The notes under the pieces were generated by a model. It made no database searches and was not told the DNA's origin. It saw only the letters and a program-made list of their open reading frames with translations. Position numbers and translations under genes: made by a program. A stretch of DNA of 64,000 bases, taken from assembly GCA_001600815.1 (NCBI GenBank), contig BCKZ01000004.1, positions 957,566 through 1,021,565 on the forward strand. Direction: 5' to 3'. The DNA is from Alloascoidea hylecoeti. Lineage: Eukaryota. This document shows, one piece after another, positions 26,399-37,682 of this stretch (the first letter of the stretch is position 1; each line of letters opens with the position of its first letter).

Positions 26399-27310
26399 TT
26401 AAACGGTTCTTTTCTTCCTTTTGGGTCCCAATTTGCTACGAATCTTTTCAAATTCTTCTTCATCGATTTCATCAATTAACTTGTGCTTTTTGTGTTTCTT
26501 TGTGTTTGTGGCATATTTGGCTTCCAACTTATCAATAAAACTGTCTAAACCATTGGATTTGGATCTTTTCGATAGTATTAGAGATCGGAGTGCGTCTTCT
26601 TCTTCTTCTTTACTTTGTTTGCCGTTGGGTTTTTTCTTTATTTTCTTTAAATTTTCATCTAATCCTAATTCTTTCGCCAATTCTTCTGCTTCCTTCGCCT
26701 CACTTTTCACCTTCTTAAGTTGTTTCTTAATCTCCTTACTTCTGTTCTTTTCGTACTTTTTGAACTTATTCGTTGTTTTAATATCTTTCTTATCCAATGC
26801 CTTCTTTAACAACCTAAAAATCCTTTCTTCTTGTTCTTCACTATATTCTAAATGTGCAATACCTTCAAATATTTCATCAATATCCCCACCACTTGATTTG
26901 TAAATCTCTAATATATCATCGTATTCTTCATCACTTCCTTGATAAGCTATTCTATCATTTTCAATTAATTCAGGTGTAACATCAACATTTTTAATCGTAT
27001 CAAAATATTCTTTCCATGAAAATCCATCTTCATCAATATTATTTAGATTTTCAACAGATTTTGTCAAATCATATCTTTGTTTACGCTTTTCATCTGATAA
27101 TACCCAATAAGCAAATGATATTTGTTGAAACTTTTCTTTACTTTCTTCTTTTTCCTCTTCTGTAGATTTTGATTGTAATTTATCAGGATGATGTTTTAAT
27201 GCTAATTTTCTATATGCTAGCTTTATATTTGCAGGAGTCAACGTTGACGCTTGCTCTTCATCAAGTGATAATACTTCATATGGGTTTAAATCAGGATATG
27301 GTGTAGACAT
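26399..27310 (-). CDS. J-domain protein, DNAJC9-like, 303 aa
   Basis: N-terminal J domain with HPD, then 'W.EYF', '[15 protein letters not shown]...GDIDEIFE', '[14 protein letters not shown]' and '[12 protein letters not shown]' (DNAJC9 family pattern). Confidence 0.8.
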   Translation of the reverse strand: MSTPYPDLNPYEVLSLDEEQASTLTPANIKLAYRKLALKHHPDKLQSKSTEEEKEESKEKFQQISFAYWVLSDEKRKQRYDLTKSVENLNNIDEDGFSWKEYFDTIKNVDVTPELIENDRIAYQGSDEEYDDILEIYKSSGGDIDEIFEGIAHLEYSEEQEERIFRLLKKALDKKDIKTTNKFKKYEKNRSKEIKKQLKKVKSEAKEAEELAKELGLDENLKKIKKKPNGKQSKEEEEDALRSLILSKRSKSNGLDSFIDKLEAKYATNTKKHKKHKLIDEIDEEEFEKIRSKLGPKRKKRTV

Positions 27311-27470
27311 TGTAGATCCAAATGTGAACAAAAAATATATAAAAAATATATTCAAAGAAATCTCGCGTTTTCGCGTTTTGGGAAAGTATAAACTGAGTGT
27401 ATGGGTGTACTAACATATAGTGTATCAATAGAAAAAAATTCAAGATCTTTGATCTATAAGCGCTAGCATA

Positions 27471-28394
27471 ATGGTTTATTACTTCAAGTCGGCTGGATCA
27501 AGTAAAAGTATTGATCCTCCTCGGATGCTTTATATGGGGAAACATAAGGAAGAAAGTATGTTTACATGCTGAAGTGTCCTAAAAGGTTAACAAATTAAAC
27601 TAATCTTATAAATAATAGATGAGGACTTGATTAAATATGGATGGAAAGAAGATGTTTGGTATGTCATATGAAATAATATATTTATAAATTCCTTAAAGTA
27701 GCTTTGCTAACTGTTTTATTTCTTAGGGTATGCTATGAAAAAAAATTGGTTTTGTGGTGATAGAACTAATGTAATCCAGTTTCATGTTGATAATCTAAGT
27801 TCCGCCCACGTTTATCTCAGATTACAGGAAGGGGAAGAATGGGATTCAATACCCGAGGAGATCTTAATTGGTATGTTTTCAAATATCTTCAACAATTAGA
27901 ATTCCAATTATCCAATCAAAAACATCTTATTAATTAATATTATAATTTTAATTACAGACTGTGCACAATTAACAAAGGCAAACTCAATCGAAGGAAATAA
28001 AAGAGATAATATAACAGTAATTTATACACCATGGTCAAATCTACGCAAAACAAAAGGCATGGTAACAGGCCAAGTTGGGTTTAAAAAAGACAAATTGGTT
28101 AAGAAAGTGTATATTGAAACAAGAGAAAATCCAATTGTAAACAGATTGAATAAAACAAAAAAGGAAGAATTTCCAAATCTTCAAAAATTAAAGTTAGATC
28201 ATGTCAGAAAAGTAACTGATGTTGAAAAATCAAAACAAAAGGCAAAAGAAGATAAGAATGCAAAATTAGAAGAAGAGAGGAGACAGTTAAAATGGCAAAA
28301 GGAGCATGCCTACGATGATTTATTTAATGAGGATAATGTAAGAGCCTCTAATAATCAGTTTAGAGACGAAGACTACGAAGATGATTTTTGGTAG
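27471..28394 (+). CDS. JLP2: CCDC25/Jlp2-family (NFACT-R/DUF814) protein, 217 aa; exons 27471-27555, 27619-27658, 27727 (1 nt), 27780-27870, 27958-28394
   Basis: Spliced 654 nt gives 'MVYYF...[38 protein letters not shown]...[15 protein letters not shown]...[19 protein letters not shown]...[12 protein letters not shown]...YEDDFW'. Four GT-AG introns. Confidence 0.93.
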
Positions 28395-28653
28395 ATTAGA
28401 ATATTAAGATAATTATTAATTACCATAATAAATGTACTTGTAGTGGTATTCGTTATTGTCGCTGTAAATATAAGTATAAACGTATTGTCATTGTATTATT
28501 CATTTGTATTAAGAAAAATTATATATGGGACAATGTATTAACCTGACAAATTAACCCTTTTAAAGTGTCAATAGTAACCATATAGAACTTCCCATTTTCT
28601 TTCATTTAATGATTCCGATTCTCTTTAAAATAAACCGTTGATTCTACATAAAT

Positions 28654-28954
28654 TTAAGGATTTAAATCACCTGCAAAGTTACCATTATCTACAAATACGT
28701 GTTAGTTTATCAAATTATATCACTCTATATCCCGATAATAAGAACATACCTCTTTGCTCATCCCATTTTGCAATCCAATCATTTGGACATAAAGAGTTAT
28801 AAGTTCTCCAAAAAACCTTGCATGGAGCAAATTCTTCGCCCTTGGCTGTAAGGCATTTGTGGTAGTCAACATATGATTGCCAGCAATGTCTTGTCTGGTT
28901 TTGATTTGGGAAACGAGAGTCAAACTGAACTGTTTTTAACTGAGATTCTGACAT
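28654..28954 (-). CDS. COX12: Cytochrome c oxidase subunit VIb, 79 aa; exons 28954-28750 and 28688-28654
   Basis: 'FDSRFPNQNQTRHCWQSYVDYHKC...C..FWRTYNSLCP..WI.KWDEQR|DNGNFAGDLNP'. Intron GTATGT...ACTAAC...TAG. Confidence 0.97.
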
Positions 28955-29185
28955 TATTTGTGATGGTGTGAAAGAGAAGAGCGGAGGAATCTGCGTTTCT
29001 TTGTGGGCTCACTTTTCTAAGCCCTCGCTCTGATTGGTTGTTTGCTTGGTGCTCAGTAATACGCTTGAACAGTTCCTGTCTCAGTACATTTCAGCATGAA
29101 ATATCTATATTTTTTTTGAAGTACAAAACATTTTTTGTATAGAAATCTTCTAATTTTTAAATTTGTTTCTTTTTCTTTCTGTTCA

Positions 29186-31364
29186 ATGAGTAAATCTCTA
29201 AAAAATCGTATGTTCATTCATGGTAATTCGCAAATATTAGTCCTATCTCTAACTGTCAATAACTAATATAGTCAGTGCGTTTGAAGCTGCTAAAAATAAT
29301 CAACTCCATCATTTTGTTTCCTCAGATTCAATCCCAAGATATGAAAATGATGATACCGATATAATATCTGAAGACGATAATAATAATTTCAATAACAATT
29401 ACATTAATCATAACGAAGGTTTAATCCAAATTTCTAACTTTATACCAAACGATTTAAATTTAAGAATTGAAGATGATGATAATGAAAATATTCATATTAC
29501 ATTAAATGATTTAAATGAATCATTGGTTGTTCAAGGATCATATTTTATCTCAGTCTTATCGGGATCTGTTTCAATTTATGGTGCAATAATCAATTCAAAA
29601 TCAGAACCGTTACCTGTTTTTGCACCATTAACGCATGCATTACCAATAATTAAACCATTTAAGTTTGATGGTGATAATGAAAATAAGATTGAAATTAAAA
29701 TATCAAATCTTTATACTGGGCATGAAAAAATTGGCACATTAAGTACCCATTTTCGTAGTATTTGGGGTAATCATTATACCAATAATAAAAATAATATTGG
29801 TTATGAATATTTAGATAATATATTTAAAGATAAATCATTTTTCATAATATTTAACACAACTCAATTATTGAATTTACTTGAAATACCTGATTCTTGGAAA
29901 GAAACAACAAACGAATTAATAAAAGATATTAAAAATTCAAAATTATCATCGGACGCATCTGATAGACCAATCGTTATATTAATCATTGGTTCAAAATCAT
30001 CTGGGAAGTCAACATTTTCAAAATATTTATTAAATTCTTTATTAAAACAAGATCAAGATCAAAATTCAGAACAAATTGAAGATGATGCAATATCATATAT
30101 TGATTTAGACCCTGGTCAACCTGAATTTTCACCACCAGATTCAATTTCATTATCAGTACATCAAGAACCGGTTATAGGTCCACCTTTCACTCATCCATGG
30201 AATACGGACAATAAAACCAATATTTCTTCCCATTATGTTGGTTATTCATCACCAATGGAAGATCCAGATAGATATAAAAAATTGTCCCATGACTTACTTG
30301 AAAATTATTTTTTTCAAAATCAAAAAATTAATAGACCATTAATTATAAATACGATAGGTTGGATTAAAGGATTTGGTGTTGAACTGTTAAAAGAAATCGT
30401 CGATTTTCATCTTGTGGTTCCTTCTCATATTGTTCATTTAACACCTATAGCATCATTAAAGCAACAATTATCTGCTAATGATAATAATAATAATTTAACA
30501 CAAGCACAAATTTTAATGAATGAACTTACAAGTTCAAATCCAAATATCAATACTAAATTCATAGAAGGTATCTTTAATGCAAATAATACAAATAAATATT
30601 CAGCGCCTAAATTGCGTGAGTTAACAACGTTGTTTTATTTCCATTGTAAAGGATATAAATCTATTCATAATAATATATCAATTCCAGTATTTGATGATTT
30701 CAATCTACTTATAACAAATCCTCCTATCCAAGCACCATATGAAACTGAAATTTCATATTCTTCAACCGAAGGTGTATCCACTACAGTTATGCTTGGATCA
30801 TCAATAAACACAGTTAATTCAATTATGTCATTTTCAACATTACAAGCTTCAGTTGTTGGAATTTACTCAGTTAATAATGATTTTTTTAATTTAAAATTAG
30901 AAAATTTACAAAATTTATGTGAACAACAGAAAGAAAGATGTATTAATGATAATATACCATTTTTCCCAATTGCACCTGAATCTTTTTCAATTTCTGGATT
31001 TGATAATTATATTTATAATCGAAATAATGATGATTTTAATGATTCATTATTATCATTAGAGTCTTCAAAATTTATTGGATTGGCTATTATTCATTCAATT
31101 GACATCTCCAAAAATATCATTAATATATATACACCAATTAAGTTAACTATATTACAATCAATATCTGAACAAAATAGAACTGTTTTAGTACGTGGTAAAT
31201 CCTTATTACCGAGTTGTGAACTGTATCAAAAGGGATTATTTGATAAGGAAATTAGAAAGGGTATTAATTTACCTTATATATCTTTTAAAAAGGGAAAGGA
31301 CTCGCATGTTGGAGGTAAAGCAAGGAGAATTAGGAAAATAAGGAGAGGTAGAGCTCAGAATTAA
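29186..31364 (+). CDS. GRC3: Polynucleotide 5'-hydroxyl kinase Grc3/NOL9, ~704 aa; exons 29186-29207 and 29272-31364
   Basis: P-loop 'GSKSSGKST', 'DLDPGQPEF', 'INTIGWIKGFG', basic C-terminus. Intron 29208-29271 extends the frame to 'MSKSLKNLSAFEAAK'. Confidence 0.9.
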
Positions 31365-31703
31365 AGCAGATAGATTAACTTATATCAAATTATGTAATGA
31401 ATGAACATGTTTAACGAAACATTTAATGAATAATATATAAGAAATGACCATTCATATATAGAGTTTTGTTTCCTAATAGTGAATCTATTAAAATATTAGT
31501 ATTATTATTTATTTAAGATTAATACGACGTAGAGTTTGAGCCTAATCATATCATTTCATTACGGTTAAAGATCAGATTTATGAATTCGAAACTGTCTTAA
31601 GCATCCAAAATTAAATAAAATAGAAATTAGGCTTTCCAACAAGAAACGTTGTGTTCGTATTTCACCTAGTTATCATTCAATGTATAGCATAAATAAGAAG
31701 ATA

Positions 31704-32265
31704 CTAATTTTTTTTTCGTACTTCGAATAGTCTTTTCTCTATTTTTTCAAATCTTTCTAGTAAAGCATCGGCTGATATAAATATATTTGTTAGTTTTCAT
31801 ATCAAATAAATAATGTTAAGGAAATTAAATACCTTTTCCATTAAACTCTTCATTATTACCCTTAACTTTGGTAACCACATTTTCTAACATCGTATCAATA
31901 TCTCCAATAAGATCTAGCATATTATTTTTAGCAATATGATTAGCTTCGGTGTCAACAATACTTGTGTCGTTTACAGCTTCTTCCTCTTGATTCTGTTCTT
32001 TACCACCAATATTTAGTCTTTTAATCGATCCTGAAGAAGAAGAAACTGTTCTTTGACTATTCCTCTTTTCATCTCCCGCCCCCGTTGATGATTGTTTTGA
32101 ATCAACTAGTGTGATACTACCTCCTGTACCCTGAGGGAGTACTATATCGTTACTTGATCCACTTTGTGTATGTTCAGTAATCGTTTCTAATCCAATTTGT
32201 GATGAATGTGATTGTGATTGTGTTAGAGCTGGTGGTTCAGTAGCTGCTATATCAGGCTCTCCCAT
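31704..32265 (-). CDS. Small protein with C-terminal HSBP1-like coiled coil, 166 aa; exons 32265-31833 and 31771-31704
   Basis: Intron 31832-31772 (GTATTT...ACTAAC...CAG). Spliced tail 'LDLIGDIDTMLENVVTKVKGNNEEFNGKADALLERFEKIEKRL' resembles heat-shock-factor-binding protein 1 heptads. Family call is tentative. Confidence 0.55.
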
Positions 32266-32369
32266 ATTTGTTTTATTTCTTAGTTTTTTATTTATGTGGT
32301 GGAGGTTTATTATTTGTAAACATCCTCAAACACCTTTTCAGAACGCCAAAAATACGCGTACGCATAAAC

Positions 32370-33470
32370 ATGAGGATTTGGTCACCATCAAAACATCGAA
32401 ATTTGCGGACATTTAAAGGATATTCAGTAATATCCAATAACTTTAATAAACTTTACTCAAAAATTGCATCTATAAATCCAAATCCATCGGTGATAACCAA
32501 TGATAATAAAAATAATGTTAATAATTCATCAATATCAAAACGCAAAGAAATATCAACAATTCTTTCTGAAAAACCAACTCCACTTCATAATGATATAAAA
32601 TCTTTTTTAAAACATTGTGAAATAACAAATAAATCACCAACTTCAACAGTATTTGAAGGAACATTATATGAATATACAGTAGGAAGTTTATTAAGTCAAT
32701 TTTTTGAAATTGATGATATGATTAGATGTGGTGGATCATTTGATAATGGAATTGATTTACAAGCATCTTGGAAATTTAATGATTTTAAAAAAACAAATGA
32801 AAATTTATTATTACCTTTATTTTCTAATGATGAAAAAGAAAATATAAATATAATTATTCCAAAAAAAAGAGGTAGACCACCAAAAGGTAGTGGATCTCGG
32901 TTAAAAGGAAATCAATCAACATTACAAAATAAAGAACAATTAATATTACGAAATAGTCCTTCAATAATGAAAGTTCCAACTACATTAAATGATTTAAGTA
33001 ATCGAAAATTTAAGTCAGTACCAATTATTATACAATGTAAAAAATCGACTACCAAATTAAATGCAAAAACAGTTCGTGAATTAAGTGGATCATATTATTT
33101 CAATTTAGGAGGTTCAAAATCACTTGAAAAAGATTATACAATATCAATTTTAGCATCAAATAATAGAATCTCAAAACAAGGTTTACAACAAATTGATTTA
33201 AGTCCTTTTCCATTAATTTTCATAAATATAAGTAGAATGAAATTGAAAAAAGTTAAACAATTAACATCAACAATTAATAATAATAATGATAACGAAAAGA
33301 CTTGTCTAATTAATGATTATGATTATAATCCTTTTGATATTGAAAGTTATACAACTGGTGTTTTAGATTCAATCTATCCAAATCCTTATGCTAAGGCAAT
33401 CATGGGTGATGATATGATAAATCAAATTCAGTTAAGATTAAGTTTGTTTAAATATTTATTTGATTATTAA
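32370..33470 (+). CDS. RRG7: Rrg7-like mitochondrial protein (DUF2034, restriction-endonuclease-like fold), 366 aa
   Basis: 'STVFEGTLYEYTV', 'CGGSFDNGIDL', 'IIQCK', 'VRELSGSY'. Basic presequence-like N-terminus. Next to SNU66/SLY41 as in S. cerevisiae. Confidence 0.85.
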   Translation: MRIWSPSKHRNLRTFKGYSVISNNFNKLYSKIASINPNPSVITNDNKNNVNNSSISKRKEISTILSEKPTPLHNDIKSFLKHCEITNKSPTSTVFEGTLYEYTVGSLLSQFFEIDDMIRCGGSFDNGIDLQASWKFNDFKKTNENLLLPLFSNDEKENINIIIPKKRGRPPKGSGSRLKGNQSTLQNKEQLILRNSPSIMKVPTTLNDLSNRKFKSVPIIIQCKKSTTKLNAKTVRELSGSYYFNLGGSKSLEKDYTISILASNNRISKQGLQQIDLSPFPLIFINISRMKLKKVKQLTSTINNNNDNEKTCLINDYDYNPFDIESYTTGVLDSIYPNPYAKAIMGDDMINQIQLRLSLFKYLFDY

Positions 33471-33646
33471 TTAAACGTATAAATTCAAGTGGAAACCATT
33501 ATATTTTGTATAAAATTATATCGACTATGATCCCAATATATTAAGAGGTTAACTGTGGGTAAATACAGGTACGCATAAGTAAATATAGGTATAGATGTAT
33601 AAATATAATTACGAAATAATGTTACTGGTATATCTTAATATCAATA

Positions 33647-35668
33647 ATGGAAGAATTAAGTATCGAAGAAACAAATAAACTCCGGATATCTCTTGGTTTA
33701 AAACCTCTTCCAGTTCCCAATGCCGATTCAAATCACGAAGATACTAACAATAATGATGAGAGTGAATTATTAGATGAGGAACAACAAGAAGCTGAAAATT
33801 GGAGAAAAGATGAAATTAAAAGGCAAAGAGAATTTAAAAGTTATAGGATTAAGAAAAATATTGAAGAGAATAAATTAAAATTAAAAGAAGAGTTTAAACG
33901 GAGAAATGGGAAAACTATTGTTGATTTTAATGAAGAAGAGGATGATGAAGATGCAGAATCATGGGTTAAGAAATTAACGCGAAAAAAAGATAATAAAGGT
34001 AAAAGTAAGAGTATGAAGAGTCAAGAGACGAGGAAAATAATTAAGAAAAATAAAAATAATGAATATACTGAAGATAATTTAAAAGGGCTGAAAGTTAGGC
34101 ATACATTAGCAGAACTTGGAAATTTAAATGAAGATACTATTTTAACATTGAAAGATAGATCTGTTTTAGATAATAGTGATGACGATAATGATGGTGATGA
34201 TGATGTATTAGAATCTACAGCTCTATTAGAACAAAAGAAATTAGAAAAAAAATTAAAGGATAAAAAAGGCAAAATAAAATTTAGAACATATGAAGATGAT
34301 AATGAGGACTTTTCATTTAGAAATGAAGATGAAAATGATGAAAATAATAATAATAATGAAAATGATTTTTTTATACTTAATGGATCAACAATTAATAAAA
34401 AAGAATTTAATAATGGAAATTCAGATGATGATAATGATAATAATAATAATATCATTTTACAAAGTGGTGGTATTAATAAAAAAATAAAAATTAATTTAAT
34501 TGATATTGATGAAGAAACATCAACATTATCATCAGATTATCAAAAATCAAAACCTATAAAGTTTAAAAAAATTAAAAAAATTAAGAAAATTAAATCAAAT
34601 AAACGGCAAAGAGATAATGATGATAATGATATACAATTTAAAAAAGTTGAGTTAAATGATGCAGATGTTAATGATAATGGAGATTATATTGATGAAGAAA
34701 ATTTCCAATCAATTTTATTAAAAACAAGAAGAAATGCAATTAAAAAGAGAAAAATACTATCACCTGAAGAATTAGCAGAACAAATTGAAGAAGAGAAGAA
34801 AAATCAACAATTAGAAGAATCATCTTCTAAAATAGAAAGAGGAGGAATAGTAATTGATGATACAGCAGAATTTTTAAGTGATCTTCTTAAGCAGAACGAA
34901 GAAAAAGGAGATGACGCAGTTAAGAAAGAAGAGAATTCAGGGTTTGTCACTGTTAAGAGGGAAGAAAATCATGATGATGTTTCAAATATTGTTATCAAGA
35001 AAGAATCGGATCATGATGATGTTCCAAATGTCTTCGTGAAGAAAGAATTAGATAAGGAAGATTACGATGTTGATATGGAAGAACAAACTACGAATATAAA
35101 GGAGGAATCTAACAAATTTGAAGAAGTGTTTGTTGATGAAGATCTGAGCTCTACAGGATTGGCGAGTGCATTGAAATTACTTGAAAGGAGTAAAGAACTT
35201 GATATTACGTCGACTTCTGCCAAGGAAAAGCATAGGAAAGAAATGGCAGAAAGAGAATGGAAAAAACAGAATGATAAGCGGTTAGTAGAGAAACAAATAT
35301 ATGACCGAAGAAGAAAAGAAGAGATAAGAAATTCACTTAAAAATAGTGGGTTAAGTGCTAAGGAACGAGAAATCGAAGCACAAGTGGAGAACAGAAAAAA
35401 TGAAATTGAAGAGGCGAGAAGGGCCAATGAAAAGTTTAAGGATTGGGTGCCTGAGATTAAGATTGAACATCGTGATGATGATGGAAGGTTACTTAATGAG
35501 AAGGAAGCGTTTAAACAATTATCTCATCACTTCCATGGAAAAGGGCCAGGTAAGAAGAAGATTGAAAAACGGATCAAGAAACATGAAGAAGAAGAAGAAA
35601 GAAAACGAGGGAATTCTGGATTTGTGGCTGGGACAAAAAGGAAAAATGTAGGAGTACGATTACAATAG
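33647..35668 (+). CDS. SNU66: U4/U6.U5 tri-snRNP protein Snu66/SART1, 673 aa
   Basis: HIND motif '[18 protein letters not shown]', 'LKGLKVRH', '[10 protein letters not shown]', '[24 protein letters not shown]'. Confidence 0.95.
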   Translation: MEELSIEETNKLRISLGLKPLPVPNADSNHEDTNNNDESELLDEEQQEAENWRKDEIKRQREFKSYRIKKNIEENKLKLKEEFKRRNGKTIVDFNEEEDDEDAESWVKKLTRKKDNKGKSKSMKSQETRKIIKKNKNNEYTEDNLKGLKVRHTLAELGNLNEDTILTLKDRSVLDNSDDDNDGDDDVLESTALLEQKKLEKKLKDKKGKIKFRTYEDDNEDFSFRNEDENDENNNNNENDFFILNGSTINKKEFNNGNSDDDNDNNNNIILQSGGINKKIKINLIDIDEETSTLSSDYQKSKPIKFKKIKKIKKIKSNKRQRDNDDNDIQFKKVELNDADVNDNGDYIDEENFQSILLKTRRNAIKKRKILSPEELAEQIEEEKKNQQLEESSSKIERGGIVIDDTAEFLSDLLKQNEEKGDDAVKKEENSGFVTVKREENHDDVSNIVIKKESDHDDVPNVFVKKELDKEDYDVDMEEQTTNIKEESNKFEEVFVDEDLSSTGLASALKLLERSKELDITSTSAKEKHRKEMAEREWKKQNDKRLVEKQIYDRRRKEEIRNSLKNSGLSAKEREIEAQVENRKNEIEEARRANEKFKDWVPEIKIEHRDDDGRLLNEKEAFKQLSHHFHGKGPGKKKIEKRIKKHEEEEERKRGNSGFVAGTKRKNVGVRLQ

Positions 35669-36077
35669 TTTATAATTATGTTCAGAGATGAGCCCTGCTT
35701 AATAGAAATAGTGCCATAGTTACGCTTAAAACAACTTGTAAAACTGGAATATCGTTGCAATTGTTAATTTTCAAACACAGCAGACATTCCGAGCGTTCCA
35801 GAATAAAAATATTATTACCATTAAACTTGCAATTGTATTAAAATCAAAACAGCATCATATAATTATCATATAAAATGTTTAAAGTAGTTGGACTGAATAT
35901 TTAAACATTCTGACATTTTTAGGTTTTCCAGGCACCAAAATCCATACTTTGTGCTACATAAGCTTTTTCAGTGCTACGTACTAAGACAGTCTTTTCACAT
36001 TTTGGAACCTCCTCGGACAAAATTTCCAAGTACCCACAGAATTACAGCCAGTCGGAATCTTTTTTTCTCGTGAGATA

Positions 36078-37682
36078 ATGTCATTTACACATACTTCCAA
36101 GACACCAAATGGCCATTTCAACTTACACCAAAAGTTAAATAATAATCCGGCTTTGATGACAACCTCAGCCATTTCGAATAATCATAACGAATCCCATCAT
36201 CGCTCGCCCTCAACTACCTCTTTTTCCCAAAAACGACTATCATCTTCGGAGTTTTTAAATCCGCAATATATACAGCCGCAATCGATGCCAGCTAAATTCA
36301 CCAAAGGCCATACTCGATCAAAATCTTCTGTTGTTGAGACCGTGAATGAATCTTTAAAAAAGCAACTTTTACAATATATTAGTTTCAAAGTTGTCGGCCT
36401 ATGTATTGCTTGGTATACAATCTCCTCCATATCAAACAGTTTAATTAAAGTTGTTTTAACTGAATTCAAGTATCCGGTGATGATAACCGAAATACAATTT
36501 ATGTTATGTGCTTTTTTCTGTTTGATAACGAATGCTCTAGTTGATATTTTAAATTTCGATGATAAAAATCAAAATCAAATCAATGGGCATGGAATTAAAT
36601 TTAATCTTAGGGATAAAATGCCAAAAGGAAGTGTCCCAAAACTAAAGACTTCTAAAAATTTTACAAATAATCCAATGTTAAAAATATTCAATTACACATC
36701 TTTACCACATCCAACAAAATCATTATTTAAAGTAGTTTTACCTATGGGAACTTTTCAATTTGTTGGTCATTTATCAAGTCATTATGCAACTTCTCAAATC
36801 CCTGTTTCAGTTGTTAATATTATAAAATCATTATCTCCATTCTTAACGGTGTTAATCTATAGGATATTTTATAAAATTAAATATTCATGGGTTAGTTATG
36901 CCTGTCTCATACCTTTAGTTTTTGGAGTTGGTATGGTTTGTTTAAGTGGTAATAATAAAAATTCTAAAAAATCAAATGTTAATCAAATTAGTAATATTGA
37001 ATATATTAATGGTTTAATAAATTCATTTTTTGCAATGTTGATCTTTGTTTTACAAAATGTTTATGCTAAGAATATATTAACAATTGAAAAACAAAAAACT
37101 ACTTTATTACCTATTAATGAATCAAGTTCAAATAATAACAATGATTTTAACTTAAACAAAATTAATAATAATTATTATTCAAAAGATTATCCTAATGGAT
37201 ATAATGAGAATGCATTTGAATTTAATAATATTAAGGATAACAATAATACCTTAGAAGAAAAGAAAGATGGAAAAATTGATAAGTTAACAATTTTATTCTA
37301 TTGTTCAATAATTGGCTTTACATTTACTTTGCCTGTATTAGTATTTACAGAACTTCCCGAGTTTTTATTCCCATCTTCATCAACATCAACATTAAAATCA
37401 ACACTAGCACCAACATTAACAGAGCAAATATCGATACCTTATGAATATATATTTTTAAATGGTTTAACGCATTTTATTCAGTCGCAACTGGCGTTTCATT
37501 TATTAGGAACAATTTCATCAGTATCATATTCAATTGCAAGTCTATTAAAAAGAATTGTTATTATTGTTGTTTCTATTATACTATTTGATAAAGGGTGTTC
37601 TATGAATCAAAGTATTGGAGTTGGTTTGACTTGTGTTGGACTTTATTGTTGGGATAGATGGGGAGGTAAACAAGTCCATTAA
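36078..37682 (+). CDS. SLY41: Sly41-like triose-phosphate/nucleotide-sugar transporter family protein, 534 aa
   Basis: Multi-TM; 'CIAWY..SSISN', 'FQFVGH', 'IPVSVVNIIKSLSP', 'VSYSIASLLKRIVII', 'GLYCWDRW'. Adjacent to SNU66. Confidence 0.88.
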   Translation: MSFTHTSKTPNGHFNLHQKLNNNPALMTTSAISNNHNESHHRSPSTTSFSQKRLSSSEFLNPQYIQPQSMPAKFTKGHTRSKSSVVETVNESLKKQLLQYISFKVVGLCIAWYTISSISNSLIKVVLTEFKYPVMITEIQFMLCAFFCLITNALVDILNFDDKNQNQINGHGIKFNLRDKMPKGSVPKLKTSKNFTNNPMLKIFNYTSLPHPTKSLFKVVLPMGTFQFVGHLSSHYATSQIPVSVVNIIKSLSPFLTVLIYRIFYKIKYSWVSYACLIPLVFGVGMVCLSGNNKNSKKSNVNQISNIEYINGLINSFFAMLIFVLQNVYAKNILTIEKQKTTLLPINESSSNNNNDFNLNKINNNYYSKDYPNGYNENAFEFNNIKDNNNTLEEKKDGKIDKLTILFYCSIIGFTFTLPVLVFTELPEFLFPSSSTSTLKSTLAPTLTEQISIPYEYIFLNGLTHFIQSQLAFHLLGTISSVSYSIASLLKRIVIIVVSIILFDKGCSMNQSIGVGLTCVGLYCWDRWGGKQVH

